Positions 35,371-40,792 of a stretch of DNA of 40,792 bases are shown piece by piece. The stretch is from contig CDMY01000626.1 of NCBI GenBank assembly GCA_001179505.1, forward strand, positions 1-40,792, written 5' to 3'. Source of the DNA: Vitrella brassicaformis CCMP3155. Taxonomy: Eukaryota > Protista > Chromerida. Position 1 is the stretch's first letter. Each line of letters opens with the position of its first letter. The notes beneath the pieces were generated by a model, which saw nothing but the letters and a program-made list of their open reading frames with translations, was not told the origin of the DNA and made no database searches. The position numbers were made by a program, and so were the translations under genes.

Positions 35371-35765
35371 ATGGACACCGATGACGGAGGTGCTGCAGGG
35401 GGGCGGCCGTGTGTCGATGTCAGTGGCTGCCGCGACGTCCTGCACAAGATACACTCGGTGAGGGACGAGGGGAAGAGGACGGCCCGCCAGGACCATCGCT
35501 GTGTTGGGATTGCCTGGCAGGGCGCCTCTCAGATTGCCTCTGATGCTGAGAGGGCAGAGCACATCATAGCCACACACACCGACGACAATTCACAGGTCCG
35601 CACGGAAACACCACACAGTCAGCCGAGCTGCAGCACTTGCTGGCGTCTGTTTCGGTGGTGCAGGATGGTGTGTCCCTCACCGATGCCCACTCGGCTTGCA
35701 ACGAGCTGGCACAGATGTCCAGTGACCGCGAAACACACGTGGGGATTGGACGGGAAGACCGATGA
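35371..35765 (+). CDS. Possible small hypothetical protein (2 exons)
   Basis: MDTDDGG...DDNSQ could splice (cag|gtccgc ... cacag|tca) to SAELQHLLASVSVVQDG...GREDR*. No family recognised. Confidence 0.3.
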
Positions 35766-36584
35766 ATGGCTCACAGAGGCCGACAAGCCAGTGACGTCCG
35801 TCTCTCTCTTGGTGCGTGTTTGGGTTCATGTCAGCGGATGGAAGGCGACGGCAGGCTGTTCCGGTGCATCCACCGGGTGGGCGGTGCTGTAGAGAGTTTA
35901 GTGCCGGTCAGTGTGCACATGGATACACAGACACACAGGCAGACAGATGGATGGACCAGCATCTATCTGTGATGCTTTCTTGGTGATAGGTGCCTGTTGG
36001 CGACGGAGGCAAGCGCGCGTGTGTAGCTATCGAATCGGCTGCTGCAGCTGCTGCAACTGCGAATAGCAAAGGTACACCAACCACACAGGGGTGAAAGTAC
36101 TGAGAATCCCTTGGTCGGTCGGTGGATGTCTGCGGTGCTGCAGCAGCGACACCGAGGCCGATGAACAAACCAAAGGTGACACGAGAAATGACCACCACCA
36201 TGACTGCCTTTACCAATGTGCATGTCTTCATGTGTGTGTCAGAAATACGGCCGTCCGTGTCTGTGTGGTCTGCCTGGTCGGTCGGTTAAGGGTTTGACGA
36301 GACACCTGTCCTTAAGCCCCGCGCTACCTTCCGGCGCAACCAGGCATCTTCTCTGTCCACAGAACACACCAAACAGGCAACAGGCACACGCAGAATGCAT
36401 GCACAAGGCAGCTGCTGGTCTGACTGGTCAGCTGAGGGCTGACGAGCTCGCACCAGTGGCCCGAGGCGATCGGGAGAATAGAGAAGGGAGGGAGGGGAGG
36501 GAAGGGAGAGAAGGGAGAGATCAACACCTCCAACTCCTGGCTTTCGCACCCGAGCATCAACCACTCGATTGCCCATCAACACCC

Positions 36585-37171
36585 ATGGCTCTCTTCTCGC
36601 GCCTGACGCTCTTCGTCCTCGCCGCTCTGCTGGTGGCGGCATGGACGCCCTCAACCACCATGGCCCAGCCACCCTGCATCACGACTCCTGCGCTCGCTTC
36701 CACTACTGCTGCTCCCACTGCTATTGATGAAGCCGACAACGCAATGGGGAGTGTGGATGAGCTGCTCGACGACGAGGAGGACGCCCTGGTCGATGCCGAC
36801 GAGGCGGACATGGAGGATGACGAGGATGATGACGAGGAGGAGGAGGAGCAGCCTCTGACGTCGGGCAACCTGCGTGCCCTTCAGCGAGGTTAGCAACCAC
36901 ATGCAATACTCCCACCGTTTTTCTGACCAGACAGACACTGAGCATCATCCCTATCCCTCGGTTCTGTGTTGTGTCGTGTGCAGGCCGTCGTCGTGGGGGT
37001 CGTCGTGGTCATTCGGGCCATCGTCATGGGGGCCGCTGGGGCCGTGGTCGCTGGGGTCGTGGTCGCTGGGGTCGTGGTCGCTGGCGTCGCGGTCGCTGGG
37101 GTCGTGGTCGCTGGGGCCGTGGTCGTTGGGGCCGCCGGCACCACCACCATTACCGCCACCACCATGACTGA
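36585..37171 (+). CDS. Secreted 163-aa prepro-peptide: signal peptide, acidic pro-region, and cationic (RWGRG)7/His-rich C-terminus
   Basis: Exon 1 36585-36888 ends in phase 1 (cga g|gttagc); exon 2 36984-37171 (gtgcag|gc cgt). Product: MALFSRLTLFVLAALLVAAWTPSTTMA...DDEEDALVDADEADMEDDEDDDEEEEEQPLTSGNLRALQ-RGRRRGGRRGHSGHRHGG(RWGRG)-like x7-HHHHYRHHHD. Confidence 0.85.
37034..37138 (+). repeat. Coding 15-bp tandem repeat x7 (cgctggggycgtggt)
   Basis: Seven units read directly from the sequence; most variation is synonymous in the RWGRG frame. Confidence 0.95.
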
Positions 37172-38426
37172 TGTAAGTGAGACTGAAGGACACCGGGCGT
37201 CCATGTGTGTGTGTTGGTTTCTTTCAGGCCACCGGTCCGATTGAGCCACTCGTCTGCCTGTGGTGTGTGCGTCACTGTTCTTTCATTAAGTGTGCAGAGA
37301 GAGACGTGTATGTTCATTGTGTATGTGTGTCTAGAGCCTTCCTTGTTGTGTGTGTGATGCGTCTGCACTGCATAGTCCGAGGGCGTCTGGTGCGGTGTGT
37401 GTCCTGCCCTTTGCCAGCCTGTCAGTGCATTGTGAATTGTGTTCTTGTTTCTGACTTCACCATGTAGATGGGTTCGCGCGTGGGGGAGGGAGGGTCAAGG
37501 GGAGAAGGGGCCAGGGAAACACCGGGTTTATATCATAAGGGTGTGGTGTGCTTGTGTGCTGTGTGGGCTGAGAGAGGGGTGGATATTCCCTGGTGTGGGT
37601 GTGGGTGTGTGTGGATGTGGATGTGGCGGCCATGATGACATGGCCATCACACGCACACCCACACACCAGTCGTATACACACATTTGTGTGCCACTCACTT
37701 CACTGGGGATGGGTAGTAGCCCTATCTGTCTGTCTGTCTGTCTGTTGTAGTGCATTTCTGTTTTACGTGGGAGGGGTTTTACGTCGTATACGGTCATTTG
37801 TCACTCACTTCAATGAGTGTTTTAGTAGTGCCCTGTCTGTCTGTCTGTCTGTCTGTCTGCACAGTACGCAGCACATACCTTTGTCCTGTATTTGTAGTGC
37901 ATTTGTTTCACATACAAGGTGACCGACACACAAGGGGACACGAACGAACGAACGAACGATATCACCATGAATCGTCACGACAAACATGGAATCAGAAGCC
38001 GTCGGTTCATTCGGTCTATTTACAAACAGTCGACCGACACATACCAAGGCAGCAGCGGTAGCCTGTCTGCATCGCATCGTACCTGGTCGACCGTGAGCGG
38101 CCATCGGTCGACATGTGAGGGACAAGGGAGGCAATAGACAGGCAGAAGCCACACTGTCGTATCAGTGTCAGCAGCTACCACACGGGCAGCTACCACATTT
38201 GTTTGCTCGTCTTAAGACGACGTCTGTGTACGTACAACTAAGTAATGATCACACACACACACACACGCAGGCAAAGTCACATCTGCAGCGACACACGGCA
38301 GCCATCAAGAGCAACATGTCAGCACGTGGAAAGCCCCGAGCCGCAAGCAGAGGCAATACAGGACGACAACGGAAGAAAAGGCAAGTACATGCAGACGGAG
38401 ACATCCACAGCGTTAGCGTGGCACAA

Positions 38427-39970
38427 GTCAGGTAAGGGGAGGCAAGGAACAAGTCAGAGCTCTGTAGCTGAGCTGCAGCGGTGGATACACCTCAATTGTC
38501 GACACCTGACAGGCATAATTGACAAGATATGGAAGACGACCATGTGTCTCCATCTGTATCTGCCCGACGCACACTCACATGTTCGCCCTTTCTGTGCCTT
38601 TGTGACTTGGATGCTGACTTCGATGCCGCCCCCGGCTGTGTAACCAGACCAAAGACCCTGCACACGTAAGAAGGCAAAACCTCTCTCACTTCACAGCATT
38701 CCTTCGATGTATTCCTCACTTTTCCGCAAGATTAAGGTTCGGCACTCTCGGTCTCTTGCTCGTGCGCATCAACGACGTCTCACCCTCACTGACACCGGTA
38801 GAGCGGAGAGACTGCAACCGGCCTCTGTGTCTCTCTCTCTCTCTGTTCCTCCTTTCTCTTCTTTTTTCTTGGGCAGTGTCGAAGCGCACGCGGCCCCTTT
38901 CAGTGATCTGAATGGGAGCTGGCTGCTCCTTCAGCAGTGGCAAGTTGCGGAGGTCTGCGGGGCAAGAGAGACGTGGGTGAATGTCTGCGTGTGCATATAC
39001 ATGCTGACGCACCTGGTGGGATCATGTCCTTGTGTCCGAACCGCTCCTGTTTGAGAACGGGTATGCCCTGGGCGCGCTGCTCCTCCAGCAGCGCGTCGAA
39101 CATGTCTCCCAGCTCACGCTCCAGCCGCCGATCGGCCAAATCACGAAGCATGGCCTGGCGGGGAGACTTGAGCTGAATTTGTGCCCGCACGAGACGCGGC
39201 GTGATGGTGTTGGAATGACAGATGTCTTTTCCCCTCCGTCCATTGTCGCAGACCTGGTTGATCGACGCTTGTGTGACGGATGAGGCAGACGACAGGTCTC
39301 CTGTCGCCGTGCTCGCCCCGGGCGAGCCGACACCGTCATGTACATCCGGCTGTTCTCCTTCCTTGTCTTCCTCTGCTGCTGCTTTTGTTGGTTGTTCCGG
39401 TGCTGAAGGAGGTTGTTCGGCAGCCGGCTGGTCGTCCTGCTCTGGCTGTGGTGGTGCCTGGTGGATCTTGGCGGATGCCCGGGCCCAACTCGCTTCCCTC
39501 GGCTCCTTGATGTGGTTGTCAATCCGATACTTGGTGCGACGAAACAAAAGGGGATGAGTGAGTGTTCTGCCGCACAGACACATACTCAGAGATAGCATGT
39601 TGGCAGCGATAATCGGCTAAATGTTGCTCTCTCACTTGAGCCTGAAGGGCTGTCGTCTCCTTCGCGTTGGTTTCTCCCCATCAGCATCTTCGTCCGCCGG
39701 CCTCTTGCCCTCATAGATGGCCACGTCAGGCAGCACCGCCACCAAAGAAAGAATCCGGTAATCATACCACTTTCCCAGCGATGACACGGCTCCGTCCTTC
39801 TTGATCAGGGCCGGGCCGCGGAGAGGTTTCGATTTCTTGTCCTTGCCCGCCTTCTCGTCCGGCGTGTTTGCCTTGATGAGTGGGACCGACGGGACCAGCC
39901 GACGTTCTCTCGATGTGATGGTGCTGCGAGCAGTGCTCGAGCCCGGACGCGATTCAACCATCGTGATCAT
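38427..39970 (-). CDS. Hypothetical low-complexity, basic protein (~5 exons)
   Basis: Phase-compatible joins FRLK|TLTHPLLFRR, DMIPP|DLRNLPLL, NLAEK|VFGLVTQ and KGEH|VSTIEVYPP...LT*. Start uncertain (39970 or 39961). No domain recognised. Confidence 0.6.
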
Positions 39971-40224
39971 GAATGATGTACTTACACAGACGTCTTCCAC
40001 TGGCTGGTTGGGTATTGTTTTTAACGAGCGGTTTCACGGAATGACAGCGAGTGCGTCTGGTCGTTCCTCAGTGCTCTTCCGTGTCATTTGTGGAATGTAC
40101 AGCCGGAGAGACAGAATATGCCCCTTCGCGTGAATCGGTGCGTGCAAGGCCGGATATATTACAGTCGTGTGTGTGTGTGTGTGTGTGTGTTCGCATTCGA
40201 CGCGATTACGTCAGCTGACTTACG

Positions 40225-40792
40225 ATGAATGAATGGCATTTGAGTTGTGCGACAGACAATGCTCGTGTGCTGTGGCGATGGGTGTCGCGAGCCGCGCGCG
40301 TGTGCACATCTCGCTCTCATGCATACAATTGGGCACATGTGTTAGTCATACCATCATGATGTCATTCACTTGACGTGATTGTCGGCACGGCATGTGTCTC
40401 TCGTGGGTCTGTCTCTTGTCCCTCCCATCCCATCCCCCCCCTCCCCCCCGTCATGGAATGGATATGCACACATGGACCGCACACACGCACACACACATAT
40501 ATCAGATGCAGTGAGTGCAGCCACTTGTTAGCTATTAACAAAGAATCATCACAGCACAGCACAGCACAAACAAACAAAGACAACGAAACACTCAGGCAGG
40601 GCACATCACGTCAGATCGCGTCAGAGCTCGGTGCACCGACGACTTGACAAAGCACCGATATAACACACACTAACGTACGAGCGTATGCACAATGAGAGCT
40701 ATTCAGAGAGAGAGACAGACAGAGAGAGAGAGCTGTTTCATTCACACACAACGAAGGGCAGATGCAGCCGACTAGGCTGCGCGAGACATTGA
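40225..40792 (-). repeat. Inverted copy of 13289-13864, truncated by the window edge
   Basis: Reverse-complement match including tcggtgcaccgacgacttgacaaagcaccgatataacacacactaacgtacga. Confidence 0.92.

Noticed and set aside
37034-37138. Tandem repeat as a CRISPR array
   Set aside because: No spacers, a 15-bp coding period, eukaryotic context and no cas genes.
36890-37249. Minus-strand mucin-like ORF (APATTTP repeats) and the alternative plus frames (SLGSW, VVAGV)
   Set aside because: Shadows of the 15-bp repeat. Only the RWGRG frame is in phase with the upstream donor and signal-peptide exon.

Overview
Intron-rich, GC-rich eukaryotic DNA with four 300-N scaffold gaps. Short GT-AG introns full of microsatellites, TTTAGGG repeats and an expanded TLDc/BTB repertoire suggest a chromerid alveolate such as Vitrella (inference). 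I built the gene models by hand from GT/AG phase matching; most ORFs in the supplied track are intron read-throughs or antisense shadows. In order, the window holds: a putative mitochondrial membrane protein (+); a 932-aa putative plastid-targeted orphan (-); a frameshifted secreted TLDc gene (-); a multi-TM protein (+); a secreted double PAN/Apple-like protein (-); a subtilase lacking its catalytic-His exon (+); a coding relic; a KCTD-type BTB protein (-); a secreted triple-TLDc gene with one frameshift (-); a ~9.8-kb DExH helicase resembling a Tudor-less Spindle-E/TDRD9 (+); a pseudogene (-); a small secreted prepro-peptide (+); and a hypothetical gene (-). The best leads are (1) the precursor with an acidic pro-piece and a cationic (RWGRG)7/His tail, shaped like an antimicrobial peptide precursor, (2) introns polarised as 5' AC-rich and 3' GT-rich, which could fold back on themselves, and (3) the Spn-E-like helicase. 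I found no tRNA, rRNA, CRISPR array or autonomous transposon.
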